Shown here: positions 1 to 12,461 of the stretch, piece by piece
Numbering within the stretch: position 1 is the first letter of the stretch
Layout: each line of letters starts with the position of its first letter
NCBI GenBank assembly: GCA_945860725.1
Contig: CAMAQZ010000001.1
Coordinates: 17,665 to 81,664, forward strand
Length of the DNA: 64,000 nucleotides
Reading direction: 5' to 3'
Source of the DNA: Klebsiella pneumoniae
Lineage (GTDB): Bacteria; Pseudomonadota; Gammaproteobacteria; Steroidobacterales; Steroidobacteraceae
Translations under genes and position numbers: made by a program
The notes under the pieces: model-generated
The model's database searches: none
The model's input: the letters and a program-made list of their open reading frames with translations, nothing else
Told to the model about the DNA's origin: nothing

Positions 1-492
1 GGGCGACAGTTGTCGCGTAACGCTCCACATCGCCGCGCGCTGCTGCGGAATCTCAGCGTTGCGCTGCTGCGTCACGAAACCATCCGTACCACCCTGGCCA
101 AGGCCAAGGAATTGCGCCGTGTCGTCGAGCCGCTGATCACGCTCGGCAAGACGGATACCGAGTCCCGTCGGCGGCTGGCGTTCGCCCGCCTGCGCGATAT
201 GCCGGTGGTCGAGAAGCTCTTCGACGACCTGGGCCCACGCTTCCAGGCCCGTGCGGGCGGGTATACCCGCATCCTGCACATGATGCCGCGACCGGGCGAC
301 TCCGCCGAGATGGCTCTGATGCAGCTCGTCGATCGCGCTGCGCCCGCAGCCGAGGATGCGCTCGAGGCCGGCGCCACCCAGGGCAAGGCTAAGAAGGCGA
401 AGAAAGCCAAGACGGCGAAGCCCGCGTCGGTTGTCAACACTCCGAAGGGCGTCAAGCCACGGATCCGCAAGGCTGCAGCGCCCATCGGCTGA
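1..492 (+). CDS. rplQ: 50S ribosomal protein L17, 5' end cut by the window edge, with a Lys/Ala-rich C-terminal extension
   Basis: Frame 1 from nt 1 reads [50 protein letters not shown], the canonical L17 core. Track ORF 10..492 is the same frame. Confidence 0.93.
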   Translation, partial: GRQLSRNAPHRRALLRNLSVALLRHETIRTTLAKAKELRRVVEPLITLGKTDTESRRRLAFARLRDMPVVEKLFDDLGPRFQARAGGYTRILHMMPRPGDSAEMALMQLVDRAAPAAEDALEAGATQGKAKKAKKAKTAKPASVVNTPKGVKPRIRKAAAPIG

Positions 493-514
493 GCACAGCC
501 CTCGCAGGGGGGCG

Positions 515-563
515 GACACCGTTGATCGGGACACCGTTGATCGGGACACCGTTGATCGGGACA
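515..563. repeat. Perfect tandem repeat, 15-bp unit GACACCGTTGATCGG x3 plus a 4-nt partial copy, one GATC per unit
   Basis: Read directly between the rplQ stop and the terminator hairpin. Confidence 0.9.
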
Positions 564-565
564 GG

Positions 566-606
566 GCCGGCGTATCCGCAAGGGACGCCGGCTTGCTGCT
601 TTCTTG
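566..606 (+). terminator. Rho-independent-like terminator after rplQ
   Basis: GCCGGCGT / ACGCCGGC 8-bp stem followed by the T-rich TTGCTGCTTTCTT. Confidence 0.6.
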
Positions 607-740
607 GGAGCCGCCCGTCGAGCCGCCATCCTCCCATCCATAATGGCTTGGCACGACTGCCGCGGGCCGGTGCCCCGGCTACACTTCCGGTGGCAGCGGG
701 CTACTCCGGCCCGCGATCATGACCGGGGGAGTTCAAAGAC

Positions 741-1133
741 ATGAGTATCGTAAAAGAATTCCGTGAGTTCGCCATGCGCGGCAACGTGATCGACCTCGCG
801 GTCGGTGTCGTGATCGGCGGCGCGTTCGGCAAGATCATCTCGTCGCTGGTCGGTGACGTGGTGATGCCGGTGCTCGGCAACGTTGTGGGTGGGGTCTCGT
901 TCAATGAACTCGGCACGACGCTCGGTGTCGGGCCTGATGGCGCCGCTATCGTGCTCAAGTGGGGCGCCTTCCTGCAGACGATTCTCGATTTCACGCTCAT
1001 CGCGCTCGCGCTGTTTGTCGCCATCAAGACCATCAACCGCCTGAAGCGTGAGCCTGCACCGGCTGAAGCGCCGCCGCCGCCGCGCAGCGAAGTGCTCCTC
1101 GAGCAGATCCGCGACGCGCTCAGGAAAGGCTGA
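741..1133 (+). CDS. mscL: Large-conductance mechanosensitive channel
   Basis: MSIVKEFREFAMRGNVIDLAVGVVIGGAFGKII.. is the typical MscL N-terminus, and the 130-aa size fits. Confidence 0.93.
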   Translation: MSIVKEFREFAMRGNVIDLAVGVVIGGAFGKIISSLVGDVVMPVLGNVVGGVSFNELGTTLGVGPDGAAIVLKWGAFLQTILDFTLIALALFVAIKTINRLKREPAPAEAPPPPRSEVLLEQIRDALRKG

Positions 1134-2454
1134 ACGCCTCGCGGGTGAGGTTGTCGCAACCCTCGGCGGTGATAGCGAGGTCGTCCTCGATCCGGATGCC
1201 GCCGAAGGGTTGCAACGCCGCCACGCGTGACCAGTCGATCTGCGCTGCGAGCGGGCCGGAGCGTGCTGGGGCTAGCCGTGCCTCGATGAAGTAGAGGCCG
1301 GGCTCCATCGTGACCACGAACCCCGGCTCCAAGGGACGGGTCAGGCGCAGTGCGGGATCCTGCAGCGGGCGCGGGAGCGCGGTGGTGCCGCTTTCATCCT
1401 CCATGAAGCCGCCCACATCGTGCACCTGCAGGCCGAGCATATGGCCGATGCCGTGCGGGAAGAAAAGGCGGGCAACCCCGTTGTCGAGCGACTCCTCGAC
1501 GCCGCAGCGGATCACCCCTGCATCGCGCAGCAGGGTCGCGATGCGTTCTACCGCCGACAGATGGATGTCACGCCAGTCGACCCCCGGCGCCGCCATGGCG
1601 CACAGACTGCGCTGCAGCGCGTCCATCTCCTCCACCAAGGCGGCGAAGTCAGGATCCGAGTGTGACCAGGTACGGGTGATATCGCTGCCGTAGCCGGCGT
1701 AGCTCGCCCCGGCATCGAGCAACAACGAACGGGGCGGGGCGGGGCGGTCACGGCGCAGCACCTGGTAGTGCAGCACGGCGGCGGCTTCGTTGAGCGCGAC
1801 GATGGCGTTGTAGGGCAGTTCATGCTCGCGTTGGCCGCAGGCCGTGGCGAAGGCTTGGTGGATCTCGTACTCGCTGCCGCCGCTGCGGAAACAGGTCTCG
1901 GCGGCGCGATGGCCGCGCACGCCGATGCGGTTCGCCTCGCGCAGGCAGGCGATCTCGTAGGGCGTCTTGCGCCCCCTGGCATGGTCCAGCCTGCGCATCA
2001 ATTCCGCAGGATTGATCGCCCCGGGCGCGAGGGTGCTGAGTGAGGGGGCCGGATCGCCGATCCAAGCGAAACGGCTGAGGTCAGCCGGCAGCGCAGCACG
2101 GACCTCCTCGGTCGAGTGCACGGTGACCACCTCGAACGACTCCGGCCAACCCCGCGCGGGCAGTGCCGCCGGTTGGTGCCAGAAGTCGGTCTCGACCCGG
2201 AACAGTAGTCGCGGCGGGCGACCTGGCCGGACGACCACCATCGATCCTGGCGCATCCAGCAGCGGCGCCCACCATCGGAAGGGTGCATGGGCTTTGAAAG
2301 GGTAGTTGTGGTCGTCGAGGAAGATCTCGATGGCCTCCCCGGCATGCAGGATGAGCCCGTCGAACCTGCAGGCGTGTAAGCCTGCCGCAGTCCGCTCGCC
2401 GATCGTGGCGAGGTGGGCGTTGAAGAGGCGTGCTGGGGTGTCGTCGCTCGGCAT
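1120..2454 (-). CDS. pepQ: Xaa-Pro dipeptidase (prolidase, M24B)
   Basis: 444 aa with PYNAIVA, DITRT and HGIGHMLGLQVHDVGG motifs of the PepQ/M24 fold. The 3' end overlaps mscL by 14 nt (convergent). Confidence 0.85.
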   Translation of the reverse strand: MPSDDTPARLFNAHLATIGERTAAGLHACRFDGLILHAGEAIEIFLDDHNYPFKAHAPFRWWAPLLDAPGSMVVVRPGRPPRLLFRVETDFWHQPAALPARGWPESFEVVTVHSTEEVRAALPADLSRFAWIGDPAPSLSTLAPGAINPAELMRRLDHARGRKTPYEIACLREANRIGVRGHRAAETCFRSGGSEYEIHQAFATACGQREHELPYNAIVALNEAAAVLHYQVLRRDRPAPPRSLLLDAGASYAGYGSDITRTWSHSDPDFAALVEEMDALQRSLCAMAAPGVDWRDIHLSAVERIATLLRDAGVIRCGVEESLDNGVARLFFPHGIGHMLGLQVHDVGGFMEDESGTTALPRPLQDPALRLTRPLEPGFVVTMEPGLYFIEARLAPARSGPLAAQIDWSRVAALQPFGGIRIEDDLAITAEGCDNLTREAFSLS

Positions 2455-2616
2455 GGGGGCCCTGCTTGAGGGGGGGGTGCGGCGGATGCCCGCCGCGGCG
2501 TTAAGAGAGGCTGATATTCTAGGCTATCTTCTGGGCCGGCCGCCCCCTCAAGCAGCCCCCCGCTCCCGCCCGACGATGTCGCGACTGACTGACGGCAGCG
2601 CTAGCCGGCATATGCG

Positions 2617-2645
2617 TTCCAAATCCCGGTAAAACCCTGTAATAT
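2617..2645 (+). promoter_or_regulatory. Candidate sigma70 promoter for the small lipoprotein gene
   Basis: TTCCAA - 17 nt - TAATAT, about 80 nt upstream of the ATG at 2729, in an otherwise GC-rich context. Confidence 0.4.
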
Positions 2646-2728
2646 GCGTCCGCGACTTGAGTCGCCAGACAAACTAGCTAGGTTGTTTGATTTCCACTGG
2701 TCCACTTTTTTTTTGGGGAAATTTCACA

Positions 2729-2959
2729 ATGAAGACGAAACTCGCTCTCGCCGCGGTGCTCGCGGCGCTCGCCCTGACCGCTTGCGCGAAGAAGGAAGAG
2801 GCTGCCATCGCCGTTGATGCTGCCGCCACCGAAGCCGCTGCGACCGACGCTGCGGGCGCCGCTGTCGACGCGACCGCCGCTGTTGCGACGGATGCCGCCG
2901 CTGCTGCGACGGATGCCGCCGCTGCCGCGACGACCGTTGTTGAGGAGGCCAAGAAGTAA
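2729..2959 (+). CDS. Small Ala/Thr/Asp-rich lipoprotein (76 aa) ending in Lys-Lys, Lpp/OprI-like in size and layout
   Basis: MKTKLALAAVLAALALTAC carries the lipobox LTAC. The gene is flanked by a promoter-like element and a strong terminator. Start re-picked at Met15 of track ORF 2687..2959. Confidence 0.75.
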   Translation: MKTKLALAAVLAALALTACAKKEEAAIAVDAAATEAAATDAAGAAVDATAAVATDAAAAATDAAAAATTVVEEAKK

Positions 2960-3007
2960 TTCTTTAAAGAGAACTGCTTCTTGAAAGGGCCACGAGGCCC
3001 TGCGACG

Positions 3008-3048
3008 GGCCCGGGCTGGTGGTGACACCTCCCGGGCCTGTTTTTTTT
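3008..3048 (+). terminator. Rho-independent terminator
   Basis: GGCCCGGG / CCCGGGCC 8-bp stem with a 15-nt loop, then TG plus a T8 run. Confidence 0.85.
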
Positions 3049-3550
3049 GGGTGACCGCGGAGAGCCGATCGATGCCTGTGGGTCTGCGGGATGCGCGCGA
3101 ACGCATCGAAGATCGTCGATGGTTCATCGCAGCCTATGCTCGTTGGCTGCATGAATTCGCAGGTGAGGCGGCCGTGATGGCGGTCGCCGACCACGGCGAT
3201 GGTGCGCCCGGCGCGTTCGATCTGTCGGCGCTGCAAGAGGCGCGGCATTGGATCACCGCGAGGGATGCCGATGTGATTCTGTTGCTGCGTGATGGGCAGC
3301 CGGCGGGTTTTTCTTTGGTGCGACGCGAATCGCCGTCGTCACGCAGTGTGGCCGAATACTATGTCGAGCCGGATCAGCGCGGCCGCGGAGTGGGGCGGTC
3401 GGCAGCGATGTTGTTGTTCGACCGGTTCGGCGGCGAATGGCGTACCGCGGCCTTGCAACGACACGCACCCGCTGTGAAGTTCTGGCGCGGTACGGTACGC
3501 CGCTACACCGCCGGCCGTCATCAAGAGACGCTCGTCGATGGCGAAGTGCG

Positions 3551-6442
<2,892 letters not shown>

Positions 6443-6659
6443 GGTGGGGAGGGGTGTGGACCGATGTCCAAGGGAAACAGCCGATCATTCTACCTTGCCC
6501 GCACGGCAAGCGCCCAAATCGGCGTGATTTGCCCGGATATTGTCGGTGCAGCCAAGGCGGGGGGCGACTAGAATCTCCCTATGCGGCGGTTCATGTTTGG
6601 CCCGCCGCCCGACGCCGGCGCAGGGCCGTCGGCACCACCCCGAACACAGGACTTCCCCC

Positions 6660-7142
6660 ATGGCGCGCGGCATCAACAAAGTCATCCTCGTCGGCAATCT
6701 TGGTCAGGACCCGGAAACCAAAGCCATGCCCTCCGGCATGACGGTCTGCAATCTTCGTATCGCCACCTCCGAGTCCTGGAAGGACAAGACGACCGGCGAG
6801 ATGAAAGAGCAGACCGAATGGCATAGCGTCGCGATGTTCGGCCGCTTGGCCGAGATCTCCGGCGAGTACCTGCGCAAGGGTTCGCAGGTCTATATCGAAG
6901 GCCGCCTGCGCACCCGCAAGTGGCAGGACAAGGCCGGCAACGACCGTTACACCACCGAGATCGTCGCCAACGAGATGCAGATGCTCGGCAGCCGCGGTGG
7001 CATGGGCGGCGAGGGCCGCAATGAAGGGCGAGGCGAGGCCCGCGTCTCCTCCGGCGGCGGCGGGCGTGGTGGCGATGCGGGCGGCTACGAGGGTCCGCGT
7101 GCCGACGACAAGGAAAGCTTCGACGATGACATTCCGTTCTGA
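6660..7142 (+). CDS. ssb: Single-stranded DNA-binding protein
   Basis: [19 protein letters not shown].., a Gly-rich linker and the acidic tail DDDIPF. Start at Met41 of the track ORF. Confidence 0.95.
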   Translation: MARGINKVILVGNLGQDPETKAMPSGMTVCNLRIATSESWKDKTTGEMKEQTEWHSVAMFGRLAEISGEYLRKGSQVYIEGRLRTRKWQDKAGNDRYTTEIVANEMQMLGSRGGMGGEGRNEGRGEARVSSGGGGRGGDAGGYEGPRADDKESFDDDIPF

Positions 7143-7146
7143 GCAC

Positions 7147-8490
7147 ATGCCAGGCCGCTATTTCATCAAGTCCTTCGGCTGCCAGATGAACGAGTACGAC
7201 TCTGCCCGCATGGGCGACGTGCTCGCCTCGGCAGAGGGTCTCGAGCCTACCGACGATCCGGAACAGGCCGATATCCTGATCATGAACACCTGCTCGGTGC
7301 GCGAGAAGGCGCAGGACAAGGTGTTTTCGTTGCTCGGTGAATGGCGCGCGATCAAGGCGCGCCGGCCGGAAGTGGTCATCGGGGTCGGGGGTTGCGTCGC
7401 GAGCCAGGAAGGCGAAGCCATCACGGCGCGCGCGCCGCAGGTCGATCTCGTGTTCGGCCCGCAGACCTTGCATCGGTTGCCGGAGATGCTCGCCGAGCTG
7501 CGCCGCCACGGCCGTGCCGTCGTCGACATCAGCTTCCCCGAGATCGAGAAGTTCGACCACCTGCCCGCGCCGCGCGCGGAAGGTGCCTCGGCGTTCGTCT
7601 CCATCATGGAAGGCTGCAGCAAGTACTGCAGTTTCTGCGTCGTCCCGTATACGCGGGGCGAGGAGATCAGTCGCCCGTTCGAGTCCGTGATGGATGAAGT
7701 GCGATCGCTCGTCGCGCAGGGCGTGCGCGAGGTCACGCTGCTCGGCCAGAACGTCAACGCGTACCGTGGTCCGATGGATGACGGCTTCGAGGCCGACCTC
7801 GCCACGCTCGTGCACCATGTGGCAGCCCTGCCGGGCGTTGGCCGCATCCGCTTCACCACCTCGCATCCGCTCGAGTTCGACGAGAGCCTCATCGAGGCTT
7901 ACGCCAGCGTACCGAAGCTTGCAGCACACCTTCACTTGCCGGTGCAGTCGGGTTCAGACCGTATCTTATCGCTCATGAAACGCGGTTATACGGCGCTTGA
8001 ATTCAAGGACCGCATCCGTCGGCTGCGCGCCGTGCGGCCCGGGATCGCCGTGTCCTCCGATTTCATCGTTGGCTTTCCCGGTGAGACCGAGCGTGACTTC
8101 GAAGCGACGCTGCGTCTGGTGCGCGATCTGGACATCGACCAATCCTTCAGCTTCCTTTACAGCCGTCGGCCGGGGACGCCTGCCGCCTCGCTGCCCGACG
8201 AAGTCTCGCCCGAGCAGAAGCAGGCGCGACTGGTGCGCCTGCAGGCGCTGCTCGATGAGCAGGCCCACGCCCGCAGCCTCGCGATGGTGGGTAGCCGTCA
8301 GCGGGTGCTGGTCGCCAAGCCCTCGCGTCGCGATGTCACCGAACTCGCGGGACGAACCGAGGACAACCGCTGGGTCAATTTCCCGGGACCCTCTGCGCTG
8401 GTTGGCCGTTTCGTCGATGTCGAGATCACCGAGGTCCGTTCGCATTCGCTGCGCGGCCGGATCCTTGCAGTCGAGGTGGCCCATGCCTGA
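7147..8490 (+). CDS. miaB: tRNA-i6A37 methylthiotransferase
   Basis: [15 protein letters not shown] and the radical-SAM motif [15 protein letters not shown]. Start at Met51 of track ORF 6997..8490. Confidence 0.95.
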   Translation: MPGRYFIKSFGCQMNEYDSARMGDVLASAEGLEPTDDPEQADILIMNTCSVREKAQDKVFSLLGEWRAIKARRPEVVIGVGGCVASQEGEAITARAPQVDLVFGPQTLHRLPEMLAELRRHGRAVVDISFPEIEKFDHLPAPRAEGASAFVSIMEGCSKYCSFCVVPYTRGEEISRPFESVMDEVRSLVAQGVREVTLLGQNVNAYRGPMDDGFEADLATLVHHVAALPGVGRIRFTTSHPLEFDESLIEAYASVPKLAAHLHLPVQSGSDRILSLMKRGYTALEFKDRIRRLRAVRPGIAVSSDFIVGFPGETERDFEATLRLVRDLDIDQSFSFLYSRRPGTPAASLPDEVSPEQKQARLVRLQALLDEQAHARSLAMVGSRQRVLVAKPSRRDVTELAGRTEDNRWVNFPGPSALVGRFVDVEITEVRSHSLRGRILAVEVAHA

Positions 8491-9484
8491 GCGTTCCGCT
8501 GAGCCGCCGCCGCCGCCGCGCCAAGAGTTCGAACTGGCCACCGCTGACAACACGATGCTTGCCGCGCTCTGTGGTCCGCTCGATTCGAACCTGCGGCTCA
8601 TCGAAGCGCGGCTCGGCGTAGCGCTGCGCCGTCGCGGCAATGCTTTCGTGGCGATCGGTGCGGGCGCGGCGTCGGCTGAGTCGTTGTTGCGAGAACTCGC
8701 GTTGCTGGCGCACACCGAAGACATCACGCCTGAGGCGGTGCATCTCGCGTTGCGTGACCACGCGGATCGCGGCGTGGATGCCCCACCTGATGCGGCCGAG
8801 CAGGAGGACGAACCGACCGTGCGCACGCTGCGCGGGACGCTGCGGCCGAGGGGTGCCAACCAGCGTGAGTACATGCGCTGCATCCGTCGCCAAGACCTCA
8901 CCTTCGGGATCGGCCCTGCGGGCACCGGCAAAACCTATCTCGCCGTCGCGTGCGCGGTGGAGGCGCTCCAGTCCGACCGCGTCCGGCGTATCGTGCTGGT
9001 ACGACCCGCAGTCGAGGCGGGCGAGCGTCTGGGGTTCCTGCCAGGCGATCTCACTCAGAAGGTCGATCCCTATCTTCGGCCCATGTACGATGCGCTCTAC
9101 GAGATGATGGGCTTTGAGCGGGTCGCCAAGCTCATCGAACGCAATATCATCGAGGTCGCGCCGCTCGCTTTCATGCGTGGTCGCTCGCTGAACGACTCCT
9201 TCATCATCCTCGATGAGGCACAGAACACCACCGTCGAGCAGATGAAGATGTTCCTGACCCGCATGGGGTTCGGTTCCCGCGCCGTGGTGACGGGCGATAT
9301 CACGCAGACCGATCTGCCGCCTGGACGGATGTCCGGGCTGCGCCATGTGCTCGGTGTGCTGCGGGGCGTACACGGCATCGGCTTCCAGTTCTTCGAGGCG
9401 CGCGATGTCGTGCGCCATCCATTGGTGCAGCGCATCGTGCAGGCTTACGAAGCCCAGCCGAACGCGGGTGATCCGCCTCGATGA
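8483..9484 (+). CDS. ybeZ: PhoH-like ATPase YbeZ
   Basis: [12 protein letters not shown] Walker A and ILDEAQNTT. Conserved position between miaB and ybeY. Overlaps the miaB stop by 8 nt. Confidence 0.9.
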   Translation: MPERSAEPPPPPRQEFELATADNTMLAALCGPLDSNLRLIEARLGVALRRRGNAFVAIGAGAASAESLLRELALLAHTEDITPEAVHLALRDHADRGVDAPPDAAEQEDEPTVRTLRGTLRPRGANQREYMRCIRRQDLTFGIGPAGTGKTYLAVACAVEALQSDRVRRIVLVRPAVEAGERLGFLPGDLTQKVDPYLRPMYDALYEMMGFERVAKLIERNIIEVAPLAFMRGRSLNDSFIILDEAQNTTVEQMKMFLTRMGFGSRAVVTGDITQTDLPPGRMSGLRHVLGVLRGVHGIGFQFFEARDVVRHPLVQRIVQAYEAQPNAGDPPR

Positions 9485-9987
9485 GCCGACCAGCCCCCGC
9501 GCGGCCACCGCTCGCCGTCGATCTTCAGAGCAGCGTGCGAAACGCATTGCCGGCCGCTGCACGCTTCACGACCTGGGCGCGCGCCGCCGCTGGGTCGCGG
9601 GGCGACGGCGCCGAGGTCGCCGTGCGGGTGGTGGGACTGGCTGAGGGGCGGCGGCTCAATCTCGTCTGGCGCGGGCGGGATTACGCCACCAACGTCCTCT
9701 CGTTCCCGGTGCCGACTGGCGCTCCCGTCGCCTCGGGCGCTGCAAGACAACGCACCCGACCGCTCGGTGACATCGTGCTCTGCGCGCCGGTGGTGGCACG
9801 CGAGGCGGCACGGCAGGGCAAGCCGCCCATCGCGCATTGGGCACACTTGGTGGTCCACGGTTGCCTGCATCTGCTTGGCCACGACCACGAGCGTGTGATC
9901 GACGCTCGGCGCATGGAACGACGCGAACGACGGGTGCTCGCAGCCCTCGGTTTTCCTGACCCTTATGCGCCCCTCGCAGGCGAGTAA
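9481..9987 (+). CDS. ybeY: rRNA maturation endoribonuclease YbeY
   Basis: [16 protein letters not shown] metal-binding motif. ATGA overlap with ybeZ. Confidence 0.92.
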   Translation: MSRPAPARPPLAVDLQSSVRNALPAAARFTTWARAAAGSRGDGAEVAVRVVGLAEGRRLNLVWRGRDYATNVLSFPVPTGAPVASGAARQRTRPLGDIVLCAPVVAREAARQGKPPIAHWAHLVVHGCLHLLGHDHERVIDARRMERRERRVLAALGFPDPYAPLAGE

Positions 9988-9988
9988 C

Positions 9989-10855
9989 ATGACTAATACA
10001 GGTAGCGGTGCCATGAACTGGATGCGCAAACTTGGTCGGGCATTGTCCGGCGAAGCGGAGGATCGTGAAGATCTCTCGTTGCAACTGCGTCAGGCGGCCG
10101 ACAGCGGGCTGATCGATGCGGACGCCCTGCGGATGCTGGAGGGTGTGCTCGGCGTCGCGGAGTTGCAGGTGCGCGACATCATGGTGCCCCGCGCGCAGAT
10201 GGTGGTAGTACGCCGCGACGATCCGCCCTCCAAGCTGCTGCCGGTGCTGGTCGAGTCTGGCCACTCACGCTTCCCGGTGATGGATGACGACCGTGATGAC
10301 ATCGTCGGCATCCTGCTCGCCAAAGATGTGCTGCGGGTGTTCGCCTCAGGCGACGCCGAAGATTTCGACATCCGCGAGTGCACGCGTCCGGCGGTGGTGG
10401 TGCCGGAATCCAAGCGGGTTAACGTCCTGCTCAAGGAGTTCCGCCGCAACCGCAACCATATGGCCATCGTGATCGACGAGTACGGTGGGGTCGCCGGGCT
10501 CGTCACGATCGAAGACGCCATCGAGCAGATCGTGGGCGACATCGACGACGAGTTCGACGTCGACGAGGAACACGACATCCGTCGCGAGTCCGAGGGTCAA
10601 TACTTGGTGCGCGGCGCCACGTCGATCGACAGCTTCAACGAATTCTTCGGTACCGACCTCTCGGATGAGACTTTCGATACCGTCGCCGGGCTCGTCATGC
10701 AGAAGCTCGGGCGGATGCCGCGTCGTGGTGAGGTGCTGCAGGTGGGCGAACTCGAGCTGCGGGTGCTGCGCGTCGATCGTCGGCGTGTGGAGGCGCTCAA
10801 GGTCACCGCGCCACGCGATCCACTGCCGCTCGAGGAGCGTGGGAGCAGCGACTGA
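9989..10855 (+). CDS. corC: CBS/CorC-domain magnesium/cobalt efflux-type protein
   Basis: A CBS pair (VRDIMVPR.., HSRFPV) plus a CorC_HlyC C-terminus. Conserved ybeX position. The start could also be 9965. Confidence 0.85.
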   Translation: MTNTGSGAMNWMRKLGRALSGEAEDREDLSLQLRQAADSGLIDADALRMLEGVLGVAELQVRDIMVPRAQMVVVRRDDPPSKLLPVLVESGHSRFPVMDDDRDDIVGILLAKDVLRVFASGDAEDFDIRECTRPAVVVPESKRVNVLLKEFRRNRNHMAIVIDEYGGVAGLVTIEDAIEQIVGDIDDEFDVDEEHDIRRESEGQYLVRGATSIDSFNEFFGTDLSDETFDTVAGLVMQKLGRMPRRGEVLQVGELELRVLRVDRRRVEALKVTAPRDPLPLEERGSSD

Positions 10856-10884
10856 ACGCTGCAGAGCCCTCGCTGCCGGCGCCG

Positions 10885-12423
10885 GTGTTGCCTCAACGCT
10901 GGGCGCCGCTTCTGGTGCTGTCCGCCGGCGCTTTGCTCACACTCGCGTTCGCGCCCACCGGTCTCTGGCCTTTGGCGGTGGCGGCGCCGGCGCTCTTGTT
11001 CCTCGCGTTGGAGGGCGTTGCACCACGCCGCGCGGCCTGGCTCGGGTTCTGTTTCGGGGTCGGCATGTTCGCCGCCGGGACCTGGTGGCTCTATCTGAGC
11101 ATCCAGGGCTTCGGCAAGGCGCCGGTCTGGCTCGCGGTGTCGCTGGTGGCGGCCTTGGTCGCCTTGATGGCCGGCTATTACGCCCTGTTGGGTTATCTTG
11201 CGGCGCGCTGGCTGCCCGTGACGGGACCTTGGCGCTGGCTCGCCGGACTGCCGGCGCTTTGGTGGTTGCTCGAGTGGCTGCGGGGTTGGTTCCTCTCGGG
11301 TTTCGGCTGGTTGTCGCTCGGCTACACGCAGACCGATACCTGGCTTGCGGGCTACGCGCCGATCGGCGGTGCGCACTTCATCTCCCTTGCATTGGTCACG
11401 ATGGCCGGTGCGCTTGTCATGCTGCAGCGCGAGTGGGCGACGGGCGATCTGCCGCGGTCGTTCCTGCCGTGGGCGGTGCTGATCGTGCCGTGGCCGCTCG
11501 GTGCCGCGCTCGATCGCATCGATTGGACCCATTCAGCCGGCGCGCCGGTACAGGTGGCGGTGATCCAGGGCGCCATCCCGCAGGACCAGAAGTGGGTCGC
11601 GGCGAACCTCGAGGTCACCATCACCCGCTATCGTGACCTCACCCTCCGATCGCTCGGTGTGCCGCTGATCGTGTGGCCAGAGGCCGCGATCCCCGACCTC
11701 GCCAACAACCACATCCCGTTGCTGCGGTCTTTGGCGCAGCAGACCGAGGTGCATGGCAGCAGCCTGTTGATAGGCCTGATCCGCTCGGAGGTGCTCGAAA
11801 AGGGCGCTGAGCCGCTCTATTTCAACTCCATCCTCGCGCTCGGTGAGGATCCGCAGTTCTACGACAAGCACCATCTCGTGCCATTCGCCGAGTTCTTCCC
11901 GGTGCCGGCGCCGGTGCGTCGGTGGCTGCGCCTGATGAGCCTGCCTTACTCCGACTTCACCGCGGGCGCGGCGCGGCAGCCGCCGTTGCGGATCGCCGGG
12001 CTCGTGCTCGAGGCCAGCATCTGCTACGAGGACGGTTATGCGTCCTCGCGGTTGCCGGTGCTCGAGGAGGCGACCGCGCTCGTCAATGTCACCAACGACG
12101 CCTGGTTCGGGCGTTCACCCGCCCGTTATCAGCACCTGCAGATCTCGCGGATGCGGGCCCAGGAAGCGCGGCGGTTCATGATCCGTGCGGCCAACGACGG
12201 CGTCTCGGCGGTGATCGGCCCGCGGGGCGAACTGGTCGCAACGGCACCGGAGTACCGTGCGGCGGTGCTGCGGGCGGCCGTCGAACCCCGGAGCGGCTTG
12301 CCGCCCTACGCGCGAACAGGCAATCTGCCGCTTATCGTATTCGCGCTGGCATCGCTCGCCGCCGCGCTATGGCGCACCCGACGGCGGGCGTTGGTGGGGG
12401 ACGCCGTCCGTCCACCGGCGTGA
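10885..12423 (+). CDS. lnt: Apolipoprotein N-acyltransferase
   Basis: 512 aa, polytopic N-terminus plus a C-N hydrolase domain (VIWPE, ICYE), directly after corC as in other Gammaproteobacteria. Confidence 0.9.
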   Translation: MLPQRWAPLLVLSAGALLTLAFAPTGLWPLAVAAPALLFLALEGVAPRRAAWLGFCFGVGMFAAGTWWLYLSIQGFGKAPVWLAVSLVAALVALMAGYYALLGYLAARWLPVTGPWRWLAGLPALWWLLEWLRGWFLSGFGWLSLGYTQTDTWLAGYAPIGGAHFISLALVTMAGALVMLQREWATGDLPRSFLPWAVLIVPWPLGAALDRIDWTHSAGAPVQVAVIQGAIPQDQKWVAANLEVTITRYRDLTLRSLGVPLIVWPEAAIPDLANNHIPLLRSLAQQTEVHGSSLLIGLIRSEVLEKGAEPLYFNSILALGEDPQFYDKHHLVPFAEFFPVPAPVRRWLRLMSLPYSDFTAGAARQPPLRIAGLVLEASICYEDGYASSRLPVLEEATALVNVTNDAWFGRSPARYQHLQISRMRAQEARRFMIRAANDGVSAVIGPRGELVATAPEYRAAVLRAAVEPRSGLPPYARTGNLPLIVFALASLAAALWRTRRRALVGDAVRPPA

Positions 12424-12461
12424 ACTTTTTCCTCTGCGCCATGGTCTAGGATGAGGTCACC

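Noticed and set aside
515-563. Tandem repeat as a possible CRISPR array (also checked 47861..47912 and 63675..63706).
   Set aside because: The units are directly abutting with no spacers, there are only about three copies of 15-18 bp, and there are no cas genes.
6443-6659. I looked for a LexA/SOS box in the divergent uvrA-ssb promoter region, where E. coli has one.
   Set aside because: I found no CTGT-N8-ACAG, and no TTAG-N6-TACTA-type (Xanthomonas-like, from memory) match by eye. Only a TAGAAT -10-like hexamer is present. A lineage-specific LexA motif would need a PWM scan.
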